The notes beneath the pieces are model-generated. The model was not told the origin of the DNA. It worked only from the letters and a program-made list of their open reading frames with translations, and searched no databases. Below, piece after piece: positions 50,745-64,000 of a stretch of DNA of 64,000 bases. Source of the stretch: Eledone cirrhosa. Its lineage: Eukaryota. The position numbers and the translations under genes were made by a program. Within the stretch, counting starts at the first letter, position 1. Every line of letters starts with the position of its first letter. The stretch spans positions 44,330,001 through 44,394,000 of the forward strand of contig OZ024745.1 in the NCBI GenBank assembly GCA_964016885.1, in the 5' to 3' direction.

Positions 50745-52379
50745 ATATATATTGAAATGTTATATATATATATACATACACACACACACATACAGGGTGT
50801 CCATAAAGTTCGTGTGCAATTTAACTACTTGTAGTATTTTAAATTATATATATAATAATTGTTTCTACTTTTGGCATAAGGCCAGCAATTAACCAGTGTA
50901 TTACTGGTACTTTATTTTATCGACCCTGTAAGGATGAAAGGCAAAGTTAATAATAATAGTAATAAACGAAAGGTATATATTTCGAAGATACAAAGTTTTA
51001 TATATAACATAAACCGGAACATGTCCTCTTCAGACAAAATACATATGAGATGTATAATGTTTCATGATATGCTGGTAGCCAAACGAGCTGGACAGGTCAG
51101 TGACCACCAAGCATATGACTAGAAAAACACTCAACACATAGGAAGTTACGTGAGTGTGAGAATAATTACAGTTAGTTTAAACGTTTAATATTTAGTAATT
51201 AGATTGGTAACACCCCCCCCCCCCCCCCCCAAAAAAAAAAACAACCTTATTCAGTCTATATGTTGTTTCTAATCAATTAAAATAGGTATTAAATCAAAAA
51301 TATATATTATATCAAAGGAAAAAATATATGTATATATATCTTTTTTACGGATGTTTTGTCATACTGACATGGGTTAGCTGAGACTTTTTGAGGTAGTATT
51401 GTACAGGTGCATTTTATCATGGCACTAGCTCTAGAGAAATCTCCTTCTCCTCTACAAGTCTGAAATGTCCTTTTTACTCTGTATTGTCTCTGTTGATTGA
51501 GGGCAATGTGTCGGAGAGAACCAATGTGATAAAAGACAGGTTATGATGGAAGAAATGAAATGATAGGGATAAGAGGATGTTAAAGGAGGAAGAAATGGAA
51601 AACAGCTACATGCTGGTTGTTGGTAAGGAGATTGGATAAGAAAATAGCATGAGTGGTATAGTGGAGGAGAGAAAGGAGTTAGGGAGGGAGAATAATGTAT
51701 GTCATTGAATGATGGAAGAAGTAATGGAAAGTGATGTGGAAACAAAGAAGTGTGAGGATTGAATATAAGTAGACATTTCACAGACTACTTGATTGGCGAG
51801 TAATAGAATGATAAATTCTGATGATAATTGGGGTTGAATACATATAGATTCAAATGCCAACCTCCACAGCCACCACCACCACCATTTTAACACCTGTTTT
51901 GCCCTAGTTGAATGGGTTTTCTCCAGTATCAAATATCACCACTGTTTGTTATCTCCTTTTTGTGGTTCAGCTTCTTGTGATCAGACTTCATAAATCTCAC
52001 TCTAACACAAGTTCCATCCACTTTCAGTCCTTACCACTTTATACAATAAACATCCTCCATAAGCATCACATGTCCATATCAATGCTGTCTTCTTTTTTGC
52101 ACACCTTATCTGATTCCTTGTATATCCAGTTTTTTTCTCTGCTCATTTGAACTTCATGATTAATACACATATTACATATCAAGTAGCGTATAAATATGAG
52201 TGGGTGGGTGAGTGCTGGCAAGGAGAAGGTCAGAGCGATCCAGTTACACGGGCAGTATGGTACAGTCAATATGGTGGAGGGTGAGTGATAGTGGAGATGA
52301 GAAAGGATGGGTGAAACTTAAGCAGGTCATATTGGGTGGGAGACCGAAATGTAAATATATCTTCCATCCTTCAACACTA

Positions 52380-52900
52380 CCCCCATTTTAATGTTCATTT
52401 TGCCATGTTTGCACTACCTTACCAATCATTGTGGTTCTTTGTCCTCTCTGTTGTGAGGTTTATCTTCTTGAGGTCAGTCTTCACCACTTGGTCCCATGTG
52501 TCTCTAGGTCTTCCTGCCACCTATTTTGAGTTCCACCTACCTAATAGTGCACTATATACAGCTGTCATCCTTCATACATGTCTATACCAGTGCTATCTTC
52601 TCTTTTGCACAACTGATTCCTCTTATACACAGTTTTTCCTCAATTTATTTCTGCTTCATTGTTTGTATACATCACACATTTATCAGAACCTGTTTGGTTT
52701 GTCTGTTTCAACTTCAAAGCCTGTGTTGTGCTGCATTGCACTTAGTATACAAACATCATACAATTTGACTTTTACTCTGAGAGAGAAACACTTTGTTGCA
52801 AGAAGAGATCATAGTTCTCTGTACTTTTTCCAACCAGTTCATACTCTAGGTACTGTCGTTTTAGAACTCACACCTCCATTGCTTGGAGAGTTGTCATTTC
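52380..52900 (-). mobile_element. Degenerate RTE LINE 3' fragment
   Basis: Collinear with RTE copy 2 (TTCCAACCAGTT..ACTCTAG). Confidence 0.65.
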
Positions 52901-53524
52901 TCACCCTCCCCTTTCCCATCATCTCTCGCCTACCATACATCCTTGACATTATACTGTCATCTTACCCCTCACCTATTGTTATTTACATATTTATAATATA
53001 TTTATTATCCTTTCTACCCCCCCCCCCCCCCACACACACAAGACAGAGAGGTTTGTCTCTTTAGTCAACTGAGAACATCCATAGTGCTGGTACTATAAAA
53101 CACACCCAGTACACTCTATGAAGTGGCTAGTGTTAGTTCCAACCTTAGAAACCAAGCCAAAAAGGGCTGCAAGGACCTTTCAATCATGAAACCTCTTTAG
53201 AGCTGGTGCCATGAAAAATACACCCATGACTCTTCAGTTCTGTCGATTGTACAATGGCCTCTCTATTGTCCGTTACATGAAAAATGCACCATGTACACTC
53301 TGTAAGGTGGTTGGTGATAGGAAGGGCATCCAACTGTAAACTTGTCAAACAAAAAGTAGTGAAGTTTTTTCAGTTATGCTGAAGTCATGACAACCTCTTT
53401 AGTGCCCTCTGTGGAGTGTGAGAATATGAGATGTGCCTCCAGCCTATTTGAGTCCTGACTTGGTAAGTGATAACCCATCCAACCCTTGCTAGCAGGGAAA
53501 ACAGATGTTAGATGATGATGATAT

Positions 53525-54032
53525 ATAGGTTTTTCGAGAAAGAGTCAAATTAGATGAGATGCACTTTGGTTTCATGCCTGAGAAAAGTACTACAGATGCC
53601 CTCTTTTTAGTAAGAACTTCTAGAGAAGTTCTTAGCCAAAAATAAACCCACTATACTTATCTTTCATTGATCTAGAAAAAGTGTTTGACAGAGTACTTTG
53701 GTATATTATCTGGTGGTCCTTAAGGGAATTAGGTGTAGAAGAATGATTGGTGAGAGCAGTACAAGCCATGTATTGAGGAGCTGTCAGCAAAGTGAGAGTA
53801 GGAAAGAAGACTGCATTGGTATTGACATGTGATGCACATGGACAATGATTTTGGGGGGAAGAAGTGCCAGGAAATGCCAGTGGAAGGAAGACCTGGGCAG
53901 AGGTTGTGAGATCTGGCCTCAGAGATTCACTGAGGAGATATCAAAGGATCGCGACACGAGATGCCATGCTGAGAAGGACCCATCTAACCCATGCAAGCAA
54001 GGAAAATGAATGTAAAATTGATGATGATGATG
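53525..54032 (+). mobile_element. Degenerate, internally deleted RTE LINE
   Basis: FGFMPEKSTTDALF, FIDLEKVFDRV, then a jump to the C-terminus and (GAT)n tail. Confidence 0.8.
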
Positions 54033-55212
54033 TGTGTATATAAACAGTGCAAGTGTATACTCAAACGAATCTGTTATTTATGTACAAATGTATAAACTTT
54101 CATATACATGTGTATATGGATGATTACAAATATTCTTTTTTAAAAAATATATTTGTATGTATGTCTATATGAATTTCTGTAGAAATTAATATACAATATA
54201 CATACACACATGGATGTATGGTCTTCCTATATTTTCCTCTGAAAACTGCTTTCTCTCTCTCTTGGTTTTTCCCTGACCATTTCCAATCCAATTTCCTCCT
54301 CAAATTCTAAACTATATGACGCCAGCTAGCATAAACATTATTGCCAATAACAGGTTAATACATACATCAGTTGATTTCAAACAGCTCACACTTATCAGAG
54401 CCAGCTGGATTTATTCAAGTCAGTATCACAATCCCAGCCTATTCTCACCCTGCTCTCAACCACTTATTGCAATGGCTCCTACAATTGTAATTACATATTT
54501 TTAATGATGACCAATATACAAAATGAAGACAAACCAAAACCCCAAGAATTATAAATGTATACAGCAAACATAGAATAAAACTATTAGGCACTGTACACAT
54601 ACTACAAAGAGTATGTGCGATACCATGTAAAGCTGAAAGGCAAAGCTAATCTTGATGGGATTTGAACTAAGAACATAAGGGGCCATGATTATATACTGCA
54701 AAGCATATTGTCCATTGCTCTGCCAATCCATTGCCATAATAATAATGATTTTTTTCTCTCCCATAAATACTGAATCAAACATTTTGAAGGGGGTTAGTGA
54801 ATTTGATCCCAGTTTTTCAATTATACTTTAGTCTGTCAACCCTGGATGGATGTAAAACAAAGTTGAACTCAGAATGTAAAGAGCTGTAACTAGATACCAG
54901 AAACCACTCTAGCAATACTACCAGCTTATTTTTCTAGATGCTATTGATACTGACATTGTTGTTATGCAACACTAGAACTCTGTTTAGAATGAGCTAAGGG
55001 AAATAACACACATGGGCCAATGCTTGGACTTAACTAAGGTTGATGTTATTGATATAGTTATGGGACCCAAGGACTATATATCTTCTTGTCTCTTGTTGTG
55101 GCACTAGAACTGCATCTGTTGTTGTTACTGTTGTAGTTGTGTGACACAACTGTGTCTATTGTTGTTATGTGACACTACAACTGTCTGTTGTTGTTGTTAC
55201 TTTTGTAGTTGT

Positions 55213-55813
55213 GACACTAGAACTGCCTGCTGCTGTTGTAGTTGTTATACTAGAACTGTGTCTTGTAGTTATGTGACACGAGACCTGTTGTAGTTGTGAC
55301 ACTAGAACTGCCTGCTGCTGTTGTAGTTGTTATACTAGAACTGTGTCTTGTAGTTATGACACGAGACCTGTTGTAGTTGTGACACTAGAACTGCCTGCTG
55401 CTGTTGTAGTTGTTATACTAGAACTGTGTCTTGTAGTTATGTGACACGAGACCTGTTGTAGTTGTGACACTAGAACTGCCTGCTGCTGTTGTAGTTGTTA
55501 TACTAGAACTGTGTCTTGTAGTTATGTGACACGAGACCTGTTGTAGTTGTGACACTAGAACTGCCTGCTGCTGTTGTAGTTGTTATACTAGAACTGTGTC
55601 TTGTAGTTATGACACGAGACCTGTTGTAGTTGTGACACTAGAACTGCCTGCTGCTGTTGTAGTTGTTATACTAGAACTGTGTCTTGTAGTTATGTGACAC
55701 GAGACCTGTTGTAGTTGTGACACTAGAACTGCCTGCTGCTGTTGTAGTTGTTATACTAGAACTGTGTCTTGTAGTTATGTGACACGAGACCTGTTGTAGT
55801 TGTGACACTAGAA
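55213..55813. repeat. 85/83-bp minisatellite, 7 units, with higher-order structure
   Basis: Units start at 55213, 55298, 55381, 55466, 55551, 55634 and 55719 (lengths 85,83,85,85,83,85,85). Confidence 0.95.
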
Positions 55814-56639
55814 GTATGTCTGTTATGTGGCACTACAACTGGTTCTGTTGTAGTTATAACTCAAGACCTGTTATTGCTGTTGTAGTTGTTACTCATGTTG
55901 CTATAGGACTGTGGGACAATACATCAATATTTGTTCTCCATTGTATGAGGTTAACACATTGTTATTGCCTTATGTCCACTGCACCTTCAACATTGAATAA
56001 TTCATTAATTGCCACTCTGAAACAATGAATTAATTCTGTGTATCATTGAGAGTTGATCAGGCTATTCCAGATTAAATCAACTCCTATTGCCTTCTTGCAA
56101 ATTTGTTGTATGAGGGTCAGCTGAAAAGTTAATAGGCTGATTATGAAGGAGTTATGCTAGAGCTGTGAAGTCTAGCATGCATTAATTTTAACTCTTCTTA
56201 TTAGTAACTGCAGGGGCTATGTTGAAAAATAAACCTCATTTGGTCATTTAATGTGAGTATTTTGGTCAGCCTATGAACCTTTCAGCCTCATATAGATTCC
56301 TAATATCATAATTATTTAGTGTCATCTCTCCTTTCTAGGAAGGGTTGAATATATATAGTTAACATTAAATAAGTGGCCTGTTCTTGTTACTCTGGTGTTT
56401 CTCCTGTATGAATACTGGGTCTTCAAGCAATCCTTGGCCATGAAAAGGCATATATGACTTATCTACTGGAATCAAGAGCTGTCTGGTGACCCTGTAATCA
56501 TACAGGAGAAACTCCAGAGTAACAGGCCACTGACACAACCATAACAAAAGTATTTATCTGCTATTGGTATTGAAGACTCATTCCTTTGACTGTTAATACT
56601 GTGTGTGTGTGTGTGTATATATACACACACATACACACA

Positions 56640-57330
56640 CATCTTGTTTACATCAAGCTCAACATGGGTTGGACAGGTTTTTTTCCAGCACTGTCTCCTT
56701 CCACATGTTGCATTTGTCATGTGTGATGTTCAGTGTTTTGAGATCAGCTTTCAACACCTCTGCCCAGGTTTTCTTTGACCTTCTGCTACTACCGCCTCAA
56801 TCCACTGGGAGCTTCAAGTACCGTTTCACCCAATGATTATCCTCCATGTGCATCACATGGTTATACTTAGTCGTCTCTCCTGCACACATTTTATTTCTCT
56901 TATACTCAGTTTCTCTCTCAGCTAATCTGTGCTTAGCTGTTCTGGCACATTAACATCACACATCCATTGAAACATGCTCACTTCTTTTCTCTCCAGTCTT
57001 CATATATCCTCTGTTTCACTTCCACGCAACACCACATTTTCATGCAAGCATCATACAGCCACCTTTTCGTTCACTAAAAGAAACCTTTTGTTGACAGCAG
57101 AAGAAGTAGTTCTTTGGACTTTTTTCCAGCTTATTCTTATTCTAGCTAATATATGCTTTCAGAGCAATACTCCCACTGCTAATTTGGTTACCTAGGTAGC
57201 AAAAGCCATCAACCACTTCTATGGGGCCTTCTCAGGATTGGTAGAAGCTTGTCACTAGGGCTTTTACTACTAAATACCTTTATGCCTCTCCTACATCCAA
57301 AGCCTACCTTTTCTGCTTTCAATCCCATAT
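56640..57330 (-). mobile_element. Degenerate RTE LINE fragment
   Basis: Collinear with the C-terminal half of RTE copy 2. Confidence 0.65.
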
Positions 57331-57370
57331 ATGAAACACGCACGCACACGCACGCACGCACGCACACACA

Positions 57371-57457
<87 letters not shown>

Positions 57458-57672
57458 AGGGGGTGTAACTTGAAGTTACTGCAGGTTCACCCGGGAGAGC
57501 ACTCGATGTTTAGGTTCACTTCTTATAGCATTTTAAAAGGGTCCGTCAAGCTGCCGATTATTGAGTCGGGTAGGATCGATACAGATCGAACCTTGAGCTG
57601 ATCAGTGGCGAAACGCGCGTCGCCTATCAATAAATGCAATGAAGGAGTAATCAATCGTCCTTGTTATCCTTT

Positions 57673-57705
<33 letters not shown>

Positions 57706-60700
57706 ATGAAAGTTAATACTATAGGTAAATAGCTTTGCTAATAATATTTTGTACTCAATGTACTACAATTATACAAATAAGGCAAATCTTTTCAGTAGTA
57801 TAATTTGTAAAGTTGGTTATATATATATATATATATGTATACAATGAATGTCTTATTTCAACCTCTTTAACTCCATATCTTCAACACACACATCCATATA
57901 CTGACTTGTGGGGGGTCCCCCCTTTATAAAGCTCTAGGAGAAAGCTGCTTGATTTAAAAACTGTTTCAAATCATTACTGGTCATTTTAGATATTTAATTA
58001 TGGATACTTAGAGAGTGGATACTTAGAGAGTGGCATACATGTCTGCAATCTAATAGTATACAATCTAATAGTATATCTCATTACCCCATCTTGTTCATGG
58101 GTAATTCTTATCGCAGCATTGTTAATCGGAACAGTAATGTGCTTTGGTGGAGTCTTGAGCATCTGAGTAACCTTTTTGGGGATGCACTACTTGCCCATAA
58201 CACATGGAAAGGGTTTAGAAAAGGTGACCTAAACATAGCCTGTTCAGTCATTAAACTGGTCATTAGCCTGCAGTTGGTGGTGGTTCAAAATAGCAGGGAA
58301 TTTGTTGAACAGATGGCCATCTTTTGTAAAGAAGTGATAGTTATGTATGTATACATATGTATATAAATATGGCAGTGCATGTGATTATGAATAGTCATAC
58401 TAAAGTGAATTCCTAATAGTTGAAAAGATAAAAAGGAAGGTAATTTCTTTTTAATAAAATATTTTCTTAATCATATCAGTTGTGACATTTAATGTTTTTT
58501 TGAAAGCCTATATTTTGTATGGGATCCATGTTGTGTGACATCCGTGTTGACATTTTGATACATAATATTTACTTCCTCATGACTAAAATCCTTTGTTTAG
58601 AATCAAATGTTTTGTTTTATTGTCATTGTAAATTGCAATCTATAGAAACATAAAGACATCCATAAAGCTTTTGTTATTAGTCACTTTGTTTCCCCTTATT
58701 AATGTTCACATTGGTCATATGAGTATGAGACTGTATCTCTGACCCAATTCTGTCAGGGCAGATTATTCTAGATAGGAGTTACTTTAGAAAGCTAGATGTT
58801 TGGGATTTTAAGTTCATGAGTAATAGCCTTCTCTTCTTCGCCCACTTATTCCTGGGAGGGTCATGGAGGCAGTTCTCAGACATGCCTTCCAGAAGGTCCT
58901 ATCAGAAGCAATACACCAAAATATACAGGCAATGAATAGATGTTTGAACTCATGGTCATGTGGACTAGACAACATATTGTGTCCTTCAGCAAGATGTTTC
59001 ATTTCATGTTGTTCCAATCCCCCCCCCCCCCCCAAAAAAAAAATGACTACCTGTGTTAACTGGGGGTTAACTCTTGTAATGAACTGGCATTCAGCCCAGT
59101 TAGTGCGTTGTCATAATAGTACCGGGACCTCTGTCATGAAAGCGCCTTAGAATCCTCCTATGAGATTCAACTTCGTAGAAGGCCAGCTAAGTGTGAGCTT
59201 TAACAACTGCTAACTAGTTTAAAATATTAGAGATATGCCAGGGATTGCCGTTTCCAATATAGTCAGTTACTTGTGATAGTTTTCTTTTATATCTTCACTT
59301 AGGTGTTTGTTAAAACTTTGAAATGGGTTAAAGTAGCTTGTTTAGTGGATAGCAGAAGTACACAAGGAATCAAACTTGTTTATGTTGAAAATATAGTTAT
59401 ATAAACTGAATATAAACAATTGAATGTCAAGTTCTGAGCAAGCTTCATTCTATAGTTCATGACTTCTTGGCTCCTCAAAGTTGCATACTGTAGAGCTAGA
59501 AATTTGATAGCAGCTTGATAAATTGGTGAGATAATTAAGAATGAATGTTATACTATATATAAATCAATATCAGGATTTATATGTCGCATTCCATACACAT
59601 TTCATTTTTCCTTTATATAAATCTTATATATTTATTACATTTCATATGAATTTCAGGAACTGATTAGGTGCTGATTATTTTATAATTAAATTGTACCATG
59701 TTAGACTTAAATAAACTGGAGTCACTTCATTTAACTATATTTCCACACCTTTAAAAATTAGCCTAATATTGATTAGATTTTCCATTAGTTCCACTCTGGT
59801 AACAACTATTATAAACAACTTATGTAACTTAACATTTATTTGAGGCATACAAAGATAACAACTTGAGGATTTTATGATGAGTCCATTGTAAAGTTTCAAT
59901 ATGCCATTTTTTTCTGTTGGTTCACTGTTTTCCAACCAAATTTCTGACTATATTGTAGAGGTAATCAAATACCAGTTCTTCATATCCTTCCAAATAGGGA
60001 TCCTTTATGTAATTATTTTGTGGCCAACATCTTTTACTGGCAAAGTTACTAGTAAAAGATTACAAAGATTTCTAGATAAAACAAACACTACTAGGCAACA
60101 CAATGAACATGTTGACATTTTGTATCAGGAATTATTTCCAGAAGAATTTAATGAAATAACTTTTTCATTAGTAAGCGGTTTCAAAAATGCTTTAAAATAT
60201 CTTAAATAAAATTATAATAGAAGGTATTAATAGAAATATGAACATTTTAAAATAAGCAGTTGTGTATTAAAAATCAGGGCAAGTTGGTATCAAAAGGTTT
60301 AATTACAAACTGCATTAAGCCATATAGATTTATAGATAATATTGTGTGGTCACTATAATATTTAGATAGATCCTTTACAGTTTCATGAATATATAATTAT
60401 CAATAACTTGAGATTTGGGTAGTTTGAAGAGCTCTCTCAAATAGGACACATGTATGGCTGTGGGATTAAGTTCACTTCTCAACCACATTATTCCAGGTTC
60501 AATCCCAATGTCTTCTATCATAGCCTTGAGATGACCAATGTCTTTAGTGCAATAATTATCTTCATTGTATCTCACCTGTCTGACTGTGCACTAAATACTT
60601 TGATTAGTCCATCTTTCTTGAGAATACAGTGTACATATCCAAGAATAAAACGCTTCATGATCATAAGAGATCAAACTGAAAAAAAAAAACGATATTGTAG

Positions 60701-62244
60701 ATTTGAATAAAATACATCCACACCACTCTGTAATGTGGTTGTGCTGGTGCCACAAAAAAGTACTTAGTACACCCTGTATGGTGTTTGGAAGGGCATTCAG
60801 CCATAAAAAAAACCATGCCAAATATGGAACATATGAGTAAGAGGATGTTGCTCCAACCCTTCAGGTTTTGAACTGTGACAAACCCATAACAATGTGGAAA
60901 GAAAACATAAAAATGATGATGATGCACATGCTGAAGATGTAGCTAATAGTATAGAAAATTATACTTTGTGTTTATTTTACCTGTAGTTTCAATTAATAAT
61001 TGTTGTTATAGAATTAAACTTTTCAGTTTGTAACTGCTTAATGTTGAATTACTTAAGTCATTACTGCAGCGAAGGAGGTAGTCAACGAAACAGTGTTTGA
61101 TCACTGATTTTAGGTGAGGCCAGCTGATCTATATTTTGGAGCATCTTCTACTGTCAAAGAAATGTGAAATCTGTTGAGAGCAATCTAGCTGCAACTTTGA
61201 GCAAGTGACCACTTGATGTTCCTTCATAGGCTCATAGTTAAAACATCATTACCTCTGACCAAAAGTATCTTTTGATCAGAGTTGTATTCATGCATTCAAA
61301 CCTAAAAGAAAACTCCATTCAACTATTAGGTGTAGACATGGCTGTGTGGTTAAGAAGTTTGCTTCATAACCACATGGTTCAGGATTCAATCCCCCTGTCA
61401 GGCACCTTGAGTAGGTATCCTCTTAATTTGACCCTCATCTTGTGAATGAAATTTAGATGGAAAGCCTGCTGTGTGTATGTATGTGTGTGTGACTTTCACT
61501 ACTCTACACTGGTGAAGTATATAACCATTGCAGGAAAAACTGATGCTATTCAAATGAATCATTTGATATTTGTTCTGTCTTTGGTTACTGACACTCCATT
61601 GTTAGAAATATAATGAACCAGTAATTAGCCAGTTGGAAACCTGTAACCATAATGCTATTTAGCAATTGTAATATAAATAGAATTTAAAAAATAGACTATT
61701 TGCAACCTATTTGATAATTTAGAAAATGCTTTTGTAAGCTATATAATATTAAAGACTCAAGAGACTCCTTGTTCTAAAATATATGTATAGCTCGTGGAAC
61801 AATTAAATAATTTAAACCTTTTCAATAGATCCTATTGAATTTATGTTTAAAAATAGTCCAACATATACCAGCATGGAAAGTGGGTGTAAAATAATGATGA
61901 GGAGGTGGTGGGAGGGTAAGGATTGGTGCACATGAAGGAGGAAAGTTTCTGGTTGTTTAAACTCATCAAATTACTACTTTATTTCATTACAGTTGGAGAA
62001 TAGTAGCAATATGTACCAAAAATTAGTTCAGTATTGCAAGAAGCTTTAAAATGTCAAATGTATGACATTTGTTTGCTTCAATATTAACTTTTTCTATATT
62101 ATTGATACTTGGAATGAGAAGAGAGTATGGAAACTATAAGAGGATTGGAACTTACATTAGTGGATGTCCATAATCTGACTTTGCAAATTAATGACTGCAA
62201 ACCCATGTGTATGTGTGTGTGTATATATCGGGTAAAGAATAAAG

Positions 62245-62545
62245 GCCCTCTTCTCGGGCACAAATAATCATGGGATTTGCACCTAAAAAGTTCCCTCGAA
62301 AGCACAAGGCCATGCAGGATATTTTTGTGGAAGATCAGCAGCCATCCATATTGTCCAAAGGAAAACCAAAGGCCAATACAGCTTGGCACCAGTGAAGTTG
62401 AAACTCATTTTTCCAGCTGAGTGAACTCAAGTAACGTAAAATAAAGTGTCTTGCTCCAGGACACAATGCATCGCCCAGTCTGGGAATTGAACCCCAAATC
62501 TCATAATTGTTAATCCAACTCTCTAACCACTAAGCCATTCACCTT

Positions 62546-62548
<3 letters not shown>
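62245..62548 (-). mobile_element. tRNA/CORE SINE family D (second copy at about 20790-21100)
   Basis: TGGCTTAGTGG and GGTTCAATTCC boxes, CORE-like segment, tail shared with the 20790 copy. Confidence 0.7.
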
Positions 62549-62580
<32 letters not shown>

Positions 62581-62584
62581 TTAT

Positions 62585-62982
62585 ATGGCATTATGCAGTA
62601 ATACAGAAGACTTGCCTTCCCGTGCGCTTGAACTTAGCATACATCTAATAAGCACCTCTTTAGCACTATCCTCCCTCCTCATTCCATACACCTCTCATGC
62701 CAACATCCCACCCACATCTGATCACACCACCCTTCTTCCATGCCTTTACACCCTTGCCTCAGTCCCAGCCCACACTGTAAAGTGGTCGTGTAGGTGTCAC
62801 AACAAAAATCACCCAGCACACACTGTAAATGTGGTTTGCATAGGAAGGGCATCCAGCCATAGAAACCAAGCCAGAAACAGTTCTGTATGAGTAAGATTTG
62901 GTCATCTGACCTGACTTGCCTCAAACAGGACAACTTGTCTAACCCATGCTGGCATGGAAAATCGACATTAAATAATGATGAT
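62585..62982 (+). mobile_element. RTE LINE 3' UTR fragment
   Basis: Same layout as the RTE copy 2 3' UTR; CCCATGCTGGCATGG hairpin and (GAT)n tail. Confidence 0.7.
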
Positions 62983-64000
62983 ATAGGCTGTGTGTATTTG
63001 GTTTAAAATAGTTACACTGTATCCCTGCATGTCATAAGAAGTGACTAAAAGGGATGTCAGAAAAGGCAATCCATCTGTAAAAAAAAGCACTATTTGAGAC
63101 ACAGAATCTGCCCACTGATCCAACTTATACCAAATATATGTTGGTGTTATTGTTGTCATAGTTGCATCTCATAATAGAAGTTCTCGGGTATATTAATAAT
63201 AGGGGCTCCAGTTCTATCATGTCCCTATTTAGAACAGAATGAGAACTAATATTCAAGAGATCCTATTTTCTATTCTAAAAATTCCACCAATTCACTGCTT
63301 TGGACTGGTACTTTTATTGACCCTGAAATGATGAAAAGCATGGTTGAACTGGGTTTGATTTGAACTCAGACCACAGAGAACCAGAACAAATAACAAGCAA
63401 ATTTGACACTTTAATGACTCTGCCAGTTTGTTGTCTTCAGTATCTGTTGCTTGTTGAACAGCTGTGTTACCTATTAATATACTATAGAAAACCTATTTGT
63501 TTCTGCTATTTTAAAATTTTGTCTCTACAAATATGTCACTTGCTTCACAGAAAATCCATTTGTCATTTAATATAGGTAGGATAGGCTATTCCAATCATAT
63601 CCAATTTATGTAAAATATCATTTGTATTATATCATCCAGCCATGAATTTATTGGTTCACATTGATGGGCTGAATTCTTACAGTAGTGGAAGACCTTGTTA
63701 TGTTGGGTGTAGAGGCATGTAAAATACATTGTACTGAGATAATTGATAGAAATGTAACTTTACTGCTGTAGAAGATTGGGAAATGGAATGAGTTATTGGG
63801 AATATCATATCATGGAGTAATTATCATTTAATGACCATTTTCCCAGTTAGTAACTTTAAGACACTCCCACTGACCTCTCGGGTGGTCCAGGAGCCTGTAT
63901 CTTGCTTACATGTATTCCTGCACACTGCTGAGTGCTCAGACAGGCCAGGGACCTTCATCTCTCTTACATACATTCCTGTGCACTACCAGGTACATTTTAT

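Noticed and set aside
52336-53064. 242-aa hydrophobic ORF
   Set aside because: Lies antisense over a degenerate RTE fragment, has a non-ATG start and shows no recognisable motif.
55213-55813. CRISPR-like or coding repeat array
   Set aside because: The intervening segments are themselves repeated, and unit lengths of 85/83 do not preserve a reading frame.
46607-64000. Further CERT1 exons or a nested gene
   Set aside because: No continuation of the PH domain or other convincing exon was found by eye; short exons could have been missed.

Overview
AT-rich, microsatellite- and SINE-laden eukaryotic DNA. The repeat families suggest a cephalopod, probably Octopus (inference). It holds three host genes. 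CDK7 is on the minus strand, with 9 coding exons (284 aa) and its 3' end outside the window. REXO2/oligoribonuclease is complete on the plus strand (6 exons, 215 aa) and sits head-to-head with CDK7, with only 104 bp between start codons. CERT1/COL4A3BP contributes its first coding exon (PH domain) followed by a >17 kb intron. The rest is mostly mobile DNA: two young near-identical RTE LINEs with a PHD-like finger in CDK7 introns, a head-to-tail pair of R4/Dong RLE retrotransposons nested in a (CATA)n microsatellite, several tRNA-derived SINE families, MITEs, CR1 and hAT relics, and minisatellites. The most notable observations are a 207-bp near-perfect palindrome centred on a U3-A8 variant minimal hammerhead ribozyme, apparent (CATA)n targeting by Dong elements, ATTATT-directed SINE insertion with long TSDs, a duplicated frameshifting splice acceptor in REXO2, and a decayed TIR-domain relic. 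All calls were made by eye; no database searches were run.
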